Source: an uncultured Thermoplasmata archaeon (GTDB lineage Archaea; Thermoplasmatota; Poseidoniia; MGIII; CG-Epi1). Taken from it: a DNA stretch of 64,000 bases. The DNA lies in assembly GCA_964015055.1 (NCBI GenBank), contig CAXHBG010000001.1, forward strand, positions 730 through 64,729, read 5' to 3'. The position numbers and the translations under genes were made by a program. The notes beneath the pieces are model-generated. The model ran no database searches. It was not told where the DNA came from and worked only from the letters and a program-made list of their open reading frames with translations. Positions 38,047-48,643 of this stretch are shown here, one piece after another. Each line of letters opens with the position of its first letter. Within the stretch, counting starts at the first letter, position 1.

Positions 38047-39162
38047 ATGGCAGTAGCTTCTAATGCTAATGATTCTAAAAAACATAGAATAATTGGTGCG
38101 GGTCTTTCTGGACTTTCTGCAGCGATTAACTTCGCTAAGAACGATGAGAAAGTTGTGATTCACGAATCAAGGGAAGATGTTGGTATGCAATTTCACCCTA
38201 ATTATCAAGTATTATTAAAGGAAAGTCCAGACACACCTTCCTCTGAAGCTGGAGCTAAACAATATCTGAACAGATGGGGATTAAATCCCAAGTTTACCTT
38301 CAAAGATGCAAAAAAATTTATTTGTTCTACAGAAAAGAGAGATTTTACGATTTCATTAAAAGAGCCGTTACCATTGATTCTGCGAGGTGGAGAGAATTCA
38401 CTCGAGAGAGGGCTCGCTAACGAAGCTAAAGATTTAGGCGTTGAGTTTAAGTTTAAATCTAGGCCCAAGCCGAAAGCAGGAGATATTCTTTCCACAGGTC
38501 CAAAACGTACAGATATGGTTGCTTTTGGAGCATATTATGAAAATTCAGACTTTCCTAGAGATCAGTTTTTGTACATGCACGATGAAAAATATTCGCCAAG
38601 AGGATGGTATCTGTATGTAATACCGATGGATGATGATACTATCAAAATTATGAATTGTTGTTCAAAGCCCTACGCAAAGCAAGTTAGGAAATTATTGTAC
38701 AAGGCGGTTGAAGAGAGAGAAATTCTTAGAAACATAGTCGATGGTGCAAAACCTACTGGCACGGTAGGCGGCCAAGGTGGTGTTGATTTCCCTAAAACAG
38801 CCATTAAGGATGGAATTTATCCCACCGGTGAGGCAGCAGGTTTCCAAGATCCTTGGAGAGGTTTTGGAATGAATTATGCGATTGAATCGGGAGCTCTTGC
38901 TCAAAGAGCTATATCTGAATCTTTGGATTATGATAAATTATGGAAAAAACAGTTTCATCAAAGGAAGAAAGCAGATATAGCTCGCAGAGGAATTTTTGCA
39001 CTTCTCGGTAATCGAGCATTTGAATATGGCATGAGAAAAGTAAAAGATGGAGATGAAGTTGATTGGGAAGAGATAAATCCTAGTGGTTGGAAAAAATCAT
39101 TAATCTACAATACTTTTTATTCAATGGAGATGGCTAAGAAAACGATGTGGGATTCCTGGTAA
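38047..39162 (+). CDS. FAD-dependent oxidoreductase, GGR-related
   Basis: IIGAGLSGL, PRGWY.Y, GEAAGFQD...GFGM.YA..SG. Confidence 0.8.
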   Translation: MAVASNANDSKKHRIIGAGLSGLSAAINFAKNDEKVVIHESREDVGMQFHPNYQVLLKESPDTPSSEAGAKQYLNRWGLNPKFTFKDAKKFICSTEKRDFTISLKEPLPLILRGGENSLERGLANEAKDLGVEFKFKSRPKPKAGDILSTGPKRTDMVAFGAYYENSDFPRDQFLYMHDEKYSPRGWYLYVIPMDDDTIKIMNCCSKPYAKQVRKLLYKAVEEREILRNIVDGAKPTGTVGGQGGVDFPKTAIKDGIYPTGEAAGFQDPWRGFGMNYAIESGALAQRAISESLDYDKLWKKQFHQRKKADIARRGIFALLGNRAFEYGMRKVKDGDEVDWEEINPSGWKKSLIYNTFYSMEMAKKTMWDSW

Positions 39163-39365
39163 TGGATCTCACTGGTTTAGTATCTTATATCATTTCAGTA
39201 TTTTCAGTATTGGCAGGAGTTGCTATCTTTTTTGGCGAGGAGGAATATATTGTCCCAGCTTCTGGCCGCTCTCTTCGATTGCCCTGTTCTTTTCTTTTTT
39301 GGTTCCTAGCTTTGATTTTTTGGGCTATGGCTGTCAAAGTAGAGGATGACGATAGTATCATATAA
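39162..39365 (+). CDS. small 2-TM membrane protein
   Basis: ATG overlaps the previous TAA; two hydrophobic segments. Confidence 0.6.
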   Translation: MDLTGLVSYIISVFSVLAGVAIFFGEEEYIVPASGRSLRLPCSFLFWFLALIFWAMAVKVEDDDSII

Positions 39366-39385
39366 TCAATTCTTTAGTCAAAAAT

Positions 39386-41638
39386 ATGTCTGATTTTGGT
39401 GTAATTCGTAATTATTATTCACAAATGCCCGAAAAGATAGATCAGGCTAGACGCGTCTTAAAGCGTTCGATGACATTAACCGAAAAAATTCTTTTCAGCC
39501 ATTTAGTTAGTATTGTAAATGAACCAGAGAGAACAAAATCATATGTGGAATTACAACCAGATAGGGTAGCTATGCAAGACGCTACAGCTCAAATGGCTTT
39601 ACTTCAATTTGCTTTGACAGGCCGCTCAGAAGTTGCAGTTCCTTCTACAGTTCACTGTGACCATCTAATTCAGGCTCGAGTTGGAAAGGAGAAAGATCTT
39701 GAGTATGCAAACGAAATTAGTTCAGAAGTTTTTTCTTTTCTCAAATCGGCTTCAGCAAAATATGGGCTTGGTTTCTGGAAGCCTGGCGCTGGCATAATTC
39801 ATCAAGTAGTTCTAGAGAACTACGCTTTTCCGGGAGGAATGATGATTGGTACAGATTCTCATACTCCAAATGCAGGTGGTCTTGGAATGGTTGCAGTCGG
39901 AGTTGGAGGGGCTGATGCTATGGAGGTCATGGCAGGTTTACCTTTTACAATAAAATGGCCGGGAATTATCGGTGTTCATTTGTCTGGCAAGCTATCGGGT
40001 TGGGCTTCTGCTAAAGATGTTATCTTGAAGGTTTGCGAAGAATTAACAGTTAAAGGAGGTACTGGCCACATTGTAGAGTATTTTGGTCCAGGGACTACTT
40101 CAATATCTTCAACTGGGAAAGGTACAATTTGTAATATGGGAGCTGAAGTTGGAGCTACAACTTCTCTTTTTCCTTATGACAGTTCGATGGATGAATATCT
40201 TAGAGCAACAAATAGATCAGAAGTTGCAGATATCGCTAAAGACTACTCTGAATATTTAGTTCCAGATGATGAAGTCGAGGCTAATCCCTCACAGTATTAT
40301 GATAGAATTATTGAGATTAATTTATCGGAGTTAGTTCCAGCGATAGTTGGACCACATACTCCTGATTTAGCAAGACCAGTTTCAGATTTGGGAGATGAGG
40401 CAAGAGAAAATGGTTGGCCAACAGATATTCAAGCAGCTTTGATAGGTTCTTGCACAAATTCATCGTATGAAGACATGGAAAGAGCATCTTCAATAGCTTT
40501 GCAGGCCAGAGACGCAGGTCTAAAATCCAAAGTACAATTTATGGTCACATCAGGTTCGGATACAATAGACAATACAATAAGAAGAGATGGTCAAATGCAA
40601 ATATTTGATGATATTGGAGGAACTGTATTAGCAAATGCGTGCGGGCCATGTATAGGTCAATGGAAAAGAGAAGATATTGATAGTGGAGACGTGAATTCTA
40701 TTGTCTCATCCTATAATCGGAATTTCAGCGGTAGAAATGATGGTAACCATCAAACACTATCGTTTCTTACAAGTCCAGAAATAGTTACTGCCATGGCAAT
40801 TGCAGGTAGTCTAGATTTCAATCCAATTACAGATAAATTAACTGCGAAAGACGGAAGTAAATTTTTACTTGAGCCTCCGGAGGGCGAACAGTTGCCTAAG
40901 AACGGATTTTTATTTAATTTAGAAGGGTTCATTCCACCGTCAGAAGGTTCTGAATTTGTTGACTTAGATGTATCGCCTAAAAGTCGCAGGCTGCAATTAT
41001 TAGAACCATTTGTGGCAACTGGCAAGAAAGATTTAGAAGATTTACCAATATTAGTCAAAGTTAAAGGCAAGTGTACGACAGATCATATTTCACCTGCAGG
41101 CGTATGGTTACAATTTAGAGGCCATTTAGATAATATTTCAGATAATTGTTACATTGGAGCGCATAATTCTTTTACAGAGGAGCAAGGTACTGCAATCAAT
41201 CAACTAGATGGAAACAAGGGAAAAATTCCAAAGGTTGCACGCAATTATTATGAAAATAATCAACCGTGGGCAGTTATTGCAGATGTCAATTATGGTGAAG
41301 GAAGTAGTAGAGAACATGCAGCAATGTCTCCTAGATTTTTAGGGTGTAAGGTTGTTATTGCAAGGAGTATGGCACGAATTGCAGAGACTAACCTGAAGAA
41401 GCAAGGAGTTTTACCTTTAATTTTTGCAGATGAGTCTTCTTGGGATTTATTGAGAGTCGATGACAGATTAACAATCAAAGGAACTGATGAGCTAGGTCCA
41501 AACTCTCAAATTACTGTAGAGGCAAAGCACGCTGATGGAACTATGGATACTTTCGTTTGTAATCATAGCATGGATGAACTTCAAGTTGAATGGTTTAAAT
41601 CGGGTTCAGCTTTGAATTATTTAAGATCGCAGAATTAA
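39386..41638 (+). CDS. acn: aconitate hydratase, mitochondrial-like type
   Basis: DRVAMQDATAQMALLQF, HCDH, GSCTNSSYED, ANACGPCIGQW, KCTTDHISPAG, NYGEGSSREHAA. Confidence 0.95.
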   Translation: MSDFGVIRNYYSQMPEKIDQARRVLKRSMTLTEKILFSHLVSIVNEPERTKSYVELQPDRVAMQDATAQMALLQFALTGRSEVAVPSTVHCDHLIQARVGKEKDLEYANEISSEVFSFLKSASAKYGLGFWKPGAGIIHQVVLENYAFPGGMMIGTDSHTPNAGGLGMVAVGVGGADAMEVMAGLPFTIKWPGIIGVHLSGKLSGWASAKDVILKVCEELTVKGGTGHIVEYFGPGTTSISSTGKGTICNMGAEVGATTSLFPYDSSMDEYLRATNRSEVADIAKDYSEYLVPDDEVEANPSQYYDRIIEINLSELVPAIVGPHTPDLARPVSDLGDEARENGWPTDIQAALIGSCTNSSYEDMERASSIALQARDAGLKSKVQFMVTSGSDTIDNTIRRDGQMQIFDDIGGTVLANACGPCIGQWKREDIDSGDVNSIVSSYNRNFSGRNDGNHQTLSFLTSPEIVTAMAIAGSLDFNPITDKLTAKDGSKFLLEPPEGEQLPKNGFLFNLEGFIPPSEGSEFVDLDVSPKSRRLQLLEPFVATGKKDLEDLPILVKVKGKCTTDHISPAGVWLQFRGHLDNISDNCYIGAHNSFTEEQGTAINQLDGNKGKIPKVARNYYENNQPWAVIADVNYGEGSSREHAAMSPRFLGCKVVIARSMARIAETNLKKQGVLPLIFADESSWDLLRVDDRLTIKGTDELGPNSQITVEAKHADGTMDTFVCNHSMDELQVEWFKSGSALNYLRSQN

Positions 41639-42597
41639 AAAGCTGAGTGATTTACACCCTTTCCGTTTTCTACAGATCCAACAACCTGAGCATGTTTTCC
41701 AAGTATTGATACAGATTTCTTAGCTTCAGCTTTGTCAACAATAATAATCATTCCCATTCCCATGTTAAACGTTCGATACATTTCCTTAGTTTCAATATTT
41801 CCTTTTTCTTGTAACCAATCAAATACCGAAGGAACTGGTAGAGGGTTATCTATTACATACTGAAAGTTATCATTTACTCGACCAATATTATCTAGTCCAC
41901 CGCCAGTAATGTGGGCAATTCCATTAACATTCACTTGATTAATTAATTCCATTATTTCCTTAACATAAATTCTCGTGGGTTCGACTAATTTTTTTCCTAG
42001 CTCCTTGTTGCCGTCAAATAATTTACGAATCAGAGTATATCCGTTAGAATGTGGTCCGCTAGACTTTAAACCGATTAGAACGTTACCTTCAGCGATTTTT
42101 GTCCCGTCTATTATTTTGTCTTGTTTAACGTAGCCGACAGATGTTCCAGCAATATCAAATCCATGAACAAGCTCAGGAAGAATAGCCGTTTCACCGCCAG
42201 ATAATGTACAGTTAGATTGCTTACATCCTTCCGCTAAACCCATTCCAATTTTAGCCATTAATTCTTCATCTGGCTTGTCTAAAGCTACATAATCAACGAA
42301 ACTTAATGGTTCAGCACCTACACAAATTAGATCATTTGTATTCATAGCAACGCAGTCTATTCCGACAGTATGGATTGAGTCCATTTCTTCTGCCAGCAAC
42401 AATTTGCTGCCTACGCCGTCAGTACACATTGCTAATGCACCGTCGCCGAGTTTCACTAATCCCGCAAATCCATTATCTAATTTTATGGGTTCGCCGTCAC
42501 CCTTTCTATTTACTCCTTTAATTTGGGCAATGAGAGCTTCAGTAGCTCTTTCACTTGCATCAATATCCACACCAGCTTCAGAGTATGTGCTTACCAT
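41635..42597 (-). CDS. purM: phosphoribosylformylglycinamidine cyclo-ligase
   Basis: Y..AGVDI, TDGVGSK, GGETA, SSGPHSNGY, HITGGG, TFNMG.G. Confidence 0.96.
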   Translation of the reverse strand: MVSTYSEAGVDIDASERATEALIAQIKGVNRKGDGEPIKLDNGFAGLVKLGDGALAMCTDGVGSKLLLAEEMDSIHTVGIDCVAMNTNDLICVGAEPLSFVDYVALDKPDEELMAKIGMGLAEGCKQSNCTLSGGETAILPELVHGFDIAGTSVGYVKQDKIIDGTKIAEGNVLIGLKSSGPHSNGYTLIRKLFDGNKELGKKLVEPTRIYVKEIMELINQVNVNGIAHITGGGLDNIGRVNDNFQYVIDNPLPVPSVFDWLQEKGNIETKEMYRTFNMGMGMIIIVDKAEAKKSVSILGKHAQVVGSVENGKGVNHSAF

Positions 42598-42602
42598 ATT
42601 GT

Positions 42603-43835
42603 TTACATCTTAGCGTAATAATTTTGCACAACTGTGCTAACTTGATCAATGTCATCAATATTGCGCTGAACTAATGATTCAAGAATCTTCTGCCTATTTT
42701 GAGCCATTTCATCAAATTGCCTTGGTGCTACACCTGCAGCTTTAGAAATTCGCTCACGTAGCTTACTTGGAACTCCAGTTTCTTCCAATTGATTGGATTG
42801 TCCGTTCCATTTGAATAAGGTGTTTAACCTTGGTTTACTACCTTCTAAACCAGCTAACTCAGACACCTCAGTAATAGTTCTAATTTGTTTTCCGTTAACA
42901 TTTATTCTACTTTGCATTATGATTAAATGTAAAGCATTCATCATTATAGGAGGAACTTCCATAGGAGGATTGATTAGTCTTGATACAGTCTCTTGTGCAG
43001 TATTTGCGTGAACAGTACCAAAACATCCGTCGTGACCGGTATTCATTGCAGTAAAGAGAGTTTTAGCCTCTGGCCCTCTCACTTCACCTACAATTATCCT
43101 GTCAGGCCTCATGCGCAATGTATTTTTCAGTAAAGAATCCATATCTACTTCAGGTTCTTCGGGTTTTGTTGAGTTAAATGTTTCAAGTTGGACATGATGT
43201 TCATGTTTTAATTGAACTTCAGTTACATCTTCAATTGTTATTAATCTATCCTTTGAGGGAATAAATAATCCCAATACATTCAAAGTTGTAGTTTTACCGG
43301 AACCTGTACCGCCTGCAACCAAAATATTAGATGGAGCAGAACCCATTCCGTCAGCAAACATCCATAATAGTGAAGCTAGTCTTGGAGACATTGTTCCGAA
43401 TTTCATTAAATTGACAACAGTTAGTGGATCATTCATTTGCTTTCTTATTGTCATTGTTGGACCGTTTGGAGAAACCGGTGGAATTGTAGCATTTACACGA
43501 CTTCCATCAGGCAATCTTCCATCTAAAAGTAAATTTCCGGGACCTACTTTTCTACCAACATATTTCCCAACTTTTTGAATTATTGAGGTAGCTTCCTCAC
43601 TAGTTAGCTTCACGTTAGTCACACACATTCCATGTTTTCTGTGTGCAACCATCACAGCTTTATCAGGATGATTATACATAATCTCTTCAAGATTGTCGTC
43701 ATCTAACAATGGTTTTAGAGCACCATAACTGGGAGATTTGACAGCTTTTGTCACTTGATATAGAGGTCGCTCAGCATCAGGTCTTTCGACGATGTTGGCA
43801 GTCGGGTATTGTTCTATTATTCGGCCTTGTTGCAT
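42603..43835 (-). CDS. TadA/CpaF-like secretion ATPase
   Basis: Start reassigned to the ATG at 43835; LPDGSRVNA, GGTGSGKTT, LRMRPDRIIVGEVRG, MNTGH.G..GTVHAN. Confidence 0.92.
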   Translation of the reverse strand: MQQGRIIEQYPTANIVERPDAERPLYQVTKAVKSPSYGALKPLLDDDNLEEIMYNHPDKAVMVAHRKHGMCVTNVKLTSEEATSIIQKVGKYVGRKVGPGNLLLDGRLPDGSRVNATIPPVSPNGPTMTIRKQMNDPLTVVNLMKFGTMSPRLASLLWMFADGMGSAPSNILVAGGTGSGKTTTLNVLGLFIPSKDRLITIEDVTEVQLKHEHHVQLETFNSTKPEEPEVDMDSLLKNTLRMRPDRIIVGEVRGPEAKTLFTAMNTGHDGCFGTVHANTAQETVSRLINPPMEVPPIMMNALHLIIMQSRINVNGKQIRTITEVSELAGLEGSKPRLNTLFKWNGQSNQLEETGVPSKLRERISKAAGVAPRQFDEMAQNRQKILESLVQRNIDDIDQVSTVVQNYYAKM

Positions 43836-43837
43836 AT

Positions 43838-44602
43838 TTATACTATTGATATCCTTAGTGCTAGTAACAGTGTAGTAGTAGCTATGAACATATACATTGG
43901 CATTCGCCATATTGCAGTCTTGGTTGTTTGTAAGATTACTGATTGCATCCAAACACCTCCAGCTCCTAACACCATCATATAGAAAAATAATGATTGATTC
44001 AATAAACTCAGGTCAACGTTAAGCTCGAACGAACCAGCTTTACCACTGCCGAATACAGAGACAATTAATCCCAAAAGAATTGGACAAATCACAGCTCCGC
44101 CCCAGAGAATGAAGTTGGCAGTACTTTGTGTTTTTGTAATTCTTTCTTTTCTCAGCATATAAATTTCCCAAAACTCTTCAGAAATATTTTCAAGAGTAGT
44201 AGCGAAGCTTCCGGATGAACCCAATGCCACATTTAGTATGCTTACAATTCTAATAATCATAGGCGATTCAGTTTGTTTAGCAAAATCTCTCATCGCCATT
44301 CCAAATCCATCATCTCGCATTCTTTTTACTGCTTCACGAAGGAACAATCCCATTCTGTCATTTCTACCAGATGCAATTGCATCCAAAGCAGATTCAACAC
44401 CCATTCCTGCACGCAATTCTTCAGCAAGATCAGCTAGAACATCTGGCCATACCGCCTCTAATTCATTTATCTTATCTTGTTTTCTCTTTGCAGGAATATA
44501 GAACAATGTACCTATTAAGGCCCAGACTCCCAAACCTATCCAAATTATACTATGGAGCGATGATAATCCATCTCCACTTACTAAATCTTCCAATAAACTC
44601 AT
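43838..44602 (-). CDS. TadB/TadC-like T2SSF membrane protein
   Basis: Start reassigned to the ATG at 44602 (ATGA overlap); E..WPD.L..LAEELRAG, SSGS. Confidence 0.82.
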   Translation of the reverse strand: MSLLEDLVSGDGLSSLHSIIWIGLGVWALIGTLFYIPAKRKQDKINELEAVWPDVLADLAEELRAGMGVESALDAIASGRNDRMGLFLREAVKRMRDDGFGMAMRDFAKQTESPMIIRIVSILNVALGSSGSFATTLENISEEFWEIYMLRKERITKTQSTANFILWGGAVICPILLGLIVSVFGSGKAGSFELNVDLSLLNQSLFFYMMVLGAGGVWMQSVILQTTKTAIWRMPMYMFIATTTLLLALRISIV

Positions 44603-45174
44603 ACGCCAGGCTCCTTTGCTTTGGTTTGAACAATCATTCCAGCAATTATTATTGTTGCAGTAATGAACAATGCAGGTACGCAAACATCAGGCATTGTTGG
44701 AGTATTACCTAAGAATCCACCACCAGATGCTTTAGCAGATTCAACTAATCCGTTTACAACAGCTCCAATTACTACAATAATTGGAATTAATATTGAAACT
44801 ATAATGAATTGTTCTGAAGTTGAAGATAGCCCTTCTATAAAATTATCTAAATTTACACGTCTTTCTTTCGCTTCTTTTTCAGCTATAGATCTAAGTCTGT
44901 CGATAACGTTAGTGTCTTCTTCGATAGACATTATCAAACTTGAAAGAACTTTTCTTAATCCTGAAGAATCAGTGTTTCTCATCTGAGTTCGAATAGCATC
45001 ACTAAAGTTTTTTCCACCTTCAGTATCTCTAAATATTTGCTTGAAAATACCACTTAAATCACCATAGTCTTCGTCAGCAACATGCTTCATTGCTTCTGCA
45101 ACACCTACGCCAGATTCTAATAGAACTTCAATTCCTCTAATAGCAAAGAGTAGTTCTTGGTCAACGGTCGCCAT
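44599..45174 (-). CDS. TadB/TadC-like T2SSF membrane protein
   Basis: ESGVG..EA...VA..DYG.LS pattern; C-terminal TM pair. Confidence 0.8.
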   Translation of the reverse strand: MATVDQELLFAIRGIEVLLESGVGVAEAMKHVADEDYGDLSGIFKQIFRDTEGGKNFSDAIRTQMRNTDSSGLRKVLSSLIMSIEEDTNVIDRLRSIAEKEAKERRVNLDNFIEGLSSTSEQFIIVSILIPIIVVIGAVVNGLVESAKASGGGFLGNTPTMPDVCVPALFITATIIIAGMIVQTKAKEPGV

Positions 45175-45213
45175 AATCTATCAATAAAACCCCATTATAA
45201 ACCAATTAACCTT

Positions 45214-45909
45214 CTAAATCTTTTCGTTTTTTATGAAATCCCGATAAGTACTAAAATTTAAATAAAAAGAAAAAACCATTGCCCATTCACATAGTGCAGT
45301 TAAGTTTAGATAAAAACTTCTTTCTGTATTTACATCTGGGGGATTTTCCATTCTATGAAAAAAATCGTCTTTTTCTTTCAGCATATCTAAATTATCTAGT
45401 ACACTAAAAACTGCCATCATTATGTAAAAAAACCACCCTGCAACTAAAGCATATTTTCGAATACTATTATCTAGATTATTTTTCCTCATCAAGTCGTAGC
45501 TAAATGTTGAGGTAACCAAATACGTTGTGAAGAGAGTGAACGCAGTTATTCCATGCAATACAGGGAATTCTTTCCAATTAAAGCTAACAGTAACAATTCC
45601 ACATATTGATCCAATTGTTGCCGCTATCCAACTAATTTGAGCTCCCTTTACATAGAAATCACCCAAATTCTTAGCCAAGGGTTGGAATAAACGATAGAGT
45701 ACTTGAATAACCAAAAATGTCCCAAATAAGCTTATCCCTAAGCCTGTTGAAAATATACTTTCTTCAGGTTCTGAGAATGGCATTTCTGAAATTATCGGTA
45801 TGAATGGCGCCACGCGTCCGCTTGTAGTTGAAACGATATATGTCGTTATTAATGTGAATATTCCTAAGATAATACTAAATTCTAAAAGTAATTTAGCACT
45901 ATTCTTCAT
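45214..45909 (-). CDS. Frag1/DRAM/Sfk1-like 6-TM membrane protein
   Basis: PFIPIISE...PE.SIF, LH...A, ALCEW...F...F..Y.DF. Confidence 0.65.
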   Translation of the reverse strand: MKNSAKLLLEFSIILGIFTLITTYIVSTTSGRVAPFIPIISEMPFSEPEESIFSTGLGISLFGTFLVIQVLYRLFQPLAKNLGDFYVKGAQISWIAATIGSICGIVTVSFNWKEFPVLHGITAFTLFTTYLVTSTFSYDLMRKNNLDNSIRKYALVAGWFFYIMMAVFSVLDNLDMLKEKDDFFHRMENPPDVNTERSFYLNLTALCEWAMVFSFYLNFSTYRDFIKNEKI

Positions 45910-48598
45910 TCAATACCGCTTGTGCCGCTGCTAATCTTGCGATTGGTACTCTGAAAGGTGAGCACGACACATAATCCATCCCAACGTTGTGGCAAAAGTG
46001 AACAGATTTTGGTTCACCACCATGTTCTCCACATATTCCAACTTTAAGATCAGGCTTCGTACCTCTACCTCTTTCTATACCCATTTTAACCAATTCACAT
46101 ACACCTTCGTCCAAACTTGCAAAAGGATCTTCAGGTAATAATTCATTTTCTAAATAGGCTGGCATAAACCCTCCTGTATCGTCTCGACTGAATCCGAAAG
46201 CCATTTGAGTTAAGTCATTAGTTCCGAATGAAAAGAACTCAGCAGTTTCAGCTATTCTGTTTGCAACAAAGCTTGCCCGTGGAATCTCCATCATTGTTCC
46301 AACCATATAACTATTCAAGTCTTCAACACTATTTGCCACATCCCTTACAATTTTTTCCTGATGATTATATTCAGTTTCCATTCCAGTTAGTGGAATCATT
46401 ATCTCAGGAAAAGTTTTAACGTTTTCATTTGAAAGTTCTGCAGCAGCTTCCAGGATGGCTCTAGCTTGCATTTCAGTTATTTCGGGATGAGTTATTCCCA
46501 ATCTAACTCCTCTATGCCCCATCATTGGATTAGATTCTTTTAGGGCATCTGACCTTCTTTCAAGCTCTTCAGCGTTTATGTTTAAAGCTTCAGCAAGTTT
46601 CTTCTGCCTTTTTGCATCATGAGGAATGAATTCATGCAAAGGAGGATCCATTAACCTTATGGTAACTGGAAGTCCTTGCATTGCTCTCAATGTTTCTTTA
46701 ATATCATTTTTCATGAAGGGGAATAATGAATCCAAAGCAGTCTTTCTTTCATCTTGATTATTTGCCATAATCATTTCTTGTAAGTGGAAAAGTGGCTCCT
46801 CTGAACCTTCACCATAGAACATATGTTCAATTCTGAAAAGTCCAATACCTTCAGCACCAAAATCTAATGCCCTTTTAGCATCAGCTGGTGTTTCTGCATT
46901 TGTTCTTACCTTAAGTCTTCTTACGTTGTCACACAGTCCTAAGAAATGTGTAAGATAATCACTACTTATGTCCGTTTCAATTAATGGGAGTTCACCTTTG
47001 TACACTTTTCCTGCAGTTCCATTAAGAGTTATTTCATCTCCCTCATTAATTGTGACATTTCCGACCGTGAATTTCTTTTTAATAGAATCAACTTTCATTT
47101 CGCCAGCACCAACAACACAGCACATTCCCCAACCTCTAGCGACTAGAGCGGCGTGGGAAGTCATACCTCCTCTTGAAGTTAAAATTGCTACAGAAGCTCT
47201 CATTCCCTCGACATCCTCAGGATTTGTCTCTTCTCTGACTAATACAACTTTTTCACCTTTTGCAGCCCAATCTACCGCGTCTTGCGCAGTAAAGACGGCT
47301 TTTCCAGTTGCGCCACCCGGCCCTGCAGGCAACCCTTTTGCTAGAAGATCAGTACTTTTTTCTACATCTGGATCAACTATGGGGTGCAATAATTCATCAA
47401 GTTGCGAAGGTGTAACTCTCGTAATAGCAGTTTTTTCATCGATTCTATTTTCTTTTACCATCTCGGAAGCCATACGAATTGCAGCAGGTCCATTTCTCTT
47501 TCCTATTCTACATTGTAGCATCCATAATTTCCCTGATTGAATAGTAAATTCGATATCCATCATGTCATTGTAATGGTCCTCAAGATTTAGTCGAATTGTG
47601 TTCAATTCATCATAGAGATGGGGTACAGATTGTTCTAGGCTTGGTAAATCTCCGCTGTGTTCAGTTCTACATACTTCATTTAGAGGATTTGGCGTTCTAA
47701 TGCCTGCGACAACATCCTCTCCCTGGGCCTTTGGTAACCATTCACCGTAAAAATTATTCTCACCAGTAGCAGGATTTCTAGTGAATGCCACGCCTGTAGC
47801 GCTGTCTTCACCAAGATTTCCGTATACCATTGCTTGAACATTTACGGCAGTTCCCCATTCCTCAGGAATATTTTCAATTTTCCTGTAAGCTTTTGCTCTT
47901 TTCCCATCCCATGAATAGAAAACAGCTGAAACAGCCCCCCATAATTGTTCCCAAGGATCTTCGGGGAACGGCTTTTTGAGTACTTCCAAGACTTTTCCCT
48001 TGTAAATGTCAACTAAATCTTTTAAATTTTCAGCTGTTAGGTCAGTATCTTCAGTTACTCCATTTTGTTCCTTCATATTTTCTAATTCATGTTCTAACTG
48101 GTTACGAATTCCCATCCCTTCTTCAGGCTCTATCCCTGAAGCCTTTTCCATTACAACATCAGAGTACATCTGTATTAGTCTTCTCTGAGCATCATAAACA
48201 AATCTAGGGTCTCCACTTTGAGCAATTAGCCCTTCTCTAGTGGAATCATTTAAGCCTACATTGAGAACAGTTTCCATCATTCCAGGCATTGACGTTCTAG
48301 CTCCAGATCTCACAGATAATAACAGAGGATTACTAGAGTCTCCGAAGACAGCTCCAACGCTATTTTCGACATCCTTCAAGGCTTTTTTTAATTGTCCATC
48401 AAGTTCACTTGGATAATTCTGTTTATTTTCATTGTAGAAGGTACATACTTCAGTAGTTATTGTACATCCCGGAGGTACAGGTATTTTCAGTAGCGCCATT
48501 TCAGCTAAATTTGCGCCCTTTCCACCTAGTAGATTTTTCATGTCGGCTTTGCCATCGGTCATTCCTGGACCGAAACGATAAACGTGCATTTCGCTCAT
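45899..48598 (-). CDS. ppdK: pyruvate, phosphate dikinase
   Basis: LLGGKGANLAEM, SVRSGA, GGMTSHAA, GTNDLTQM, GICGEHGG. Confidence 0.97.
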   Translation of the reverse strand: MSEMHVYRFGPGMTDGKADMKNLLGGKGANLAEMALLKIPVPPGCTITTEVCTFYNENKQNYPSELDGQLKKALKDVENSVGAVFGDSSNPLLLSVRSGARTSMPGMMETVLNVGLNDSTREGLIAQSGDPRFVYDAQRRLIQMYSDVVMEKASGIEPEEGMGIRNQLEHELENMKEQNGVTEDTDLTAENLKDLVDIYKGKVLEVLKKPFPEDPWEQLWGAVSAVFYSWDGKRAKAYRKIENIPEEWGTAVNVQAMVYGNLGEDSATGVAFTRNPATGENNFYGEWLPKAQGEDVVAGIRTPNPLNEVCRTEHSGDLPSLEQSVPHLYDELNTIRLNLEDHYNDMMDIEFTIQSGKLWMLQCRIGKRNGPAAIRMASEMVKENRIDEKTAITRVTPSQLDELLHPIVDPDVEKSTDLLAKGLPAGPGGATGKAVFTAQDAVDWAAKGEKVVLVREETNPEDVEGMRASVAILTSRGGMTSHAALVARGWGMCCVVGAGEMKVDSIKKKFTVGNVTINEGDEITLNGTAGKVYKGELPLIETDISSDYLTHFLGLCDNVRRLKVRTNAETPADAKRALDFGAEGIGLFRIEHMFYGEGSEEPLFHLQEMIMANNQDERKTALDSLFPFMKNDIKETLRAMQGLPVTIRLMDPPLHEFIPHDAKRQKKLAEALNINAEELERRSDALKESNPMMGHRGVRLGITHPEITEMQARAILEAAAELSNENVKTFPEIMIPLTGMETEYNHQEKIVRDVANSVEDLNSYMVGTMMEIPRASFVANRIAETAEFFSFGTNDLTQMAFGFSRDDTGGFMPAYLENELLPEDPFASLDEGVCELVKMGIERGRGTKPDLKVGICGEHGGEPKSVHFCHNVGMDYVSCSPFRVPIARLAAAQAVLNEE

Positions 48599-48643
48599 TA
48601 TTACTCAGGGCTCTAGCGAAATAGGTATAAATTCTCTTTCTCG

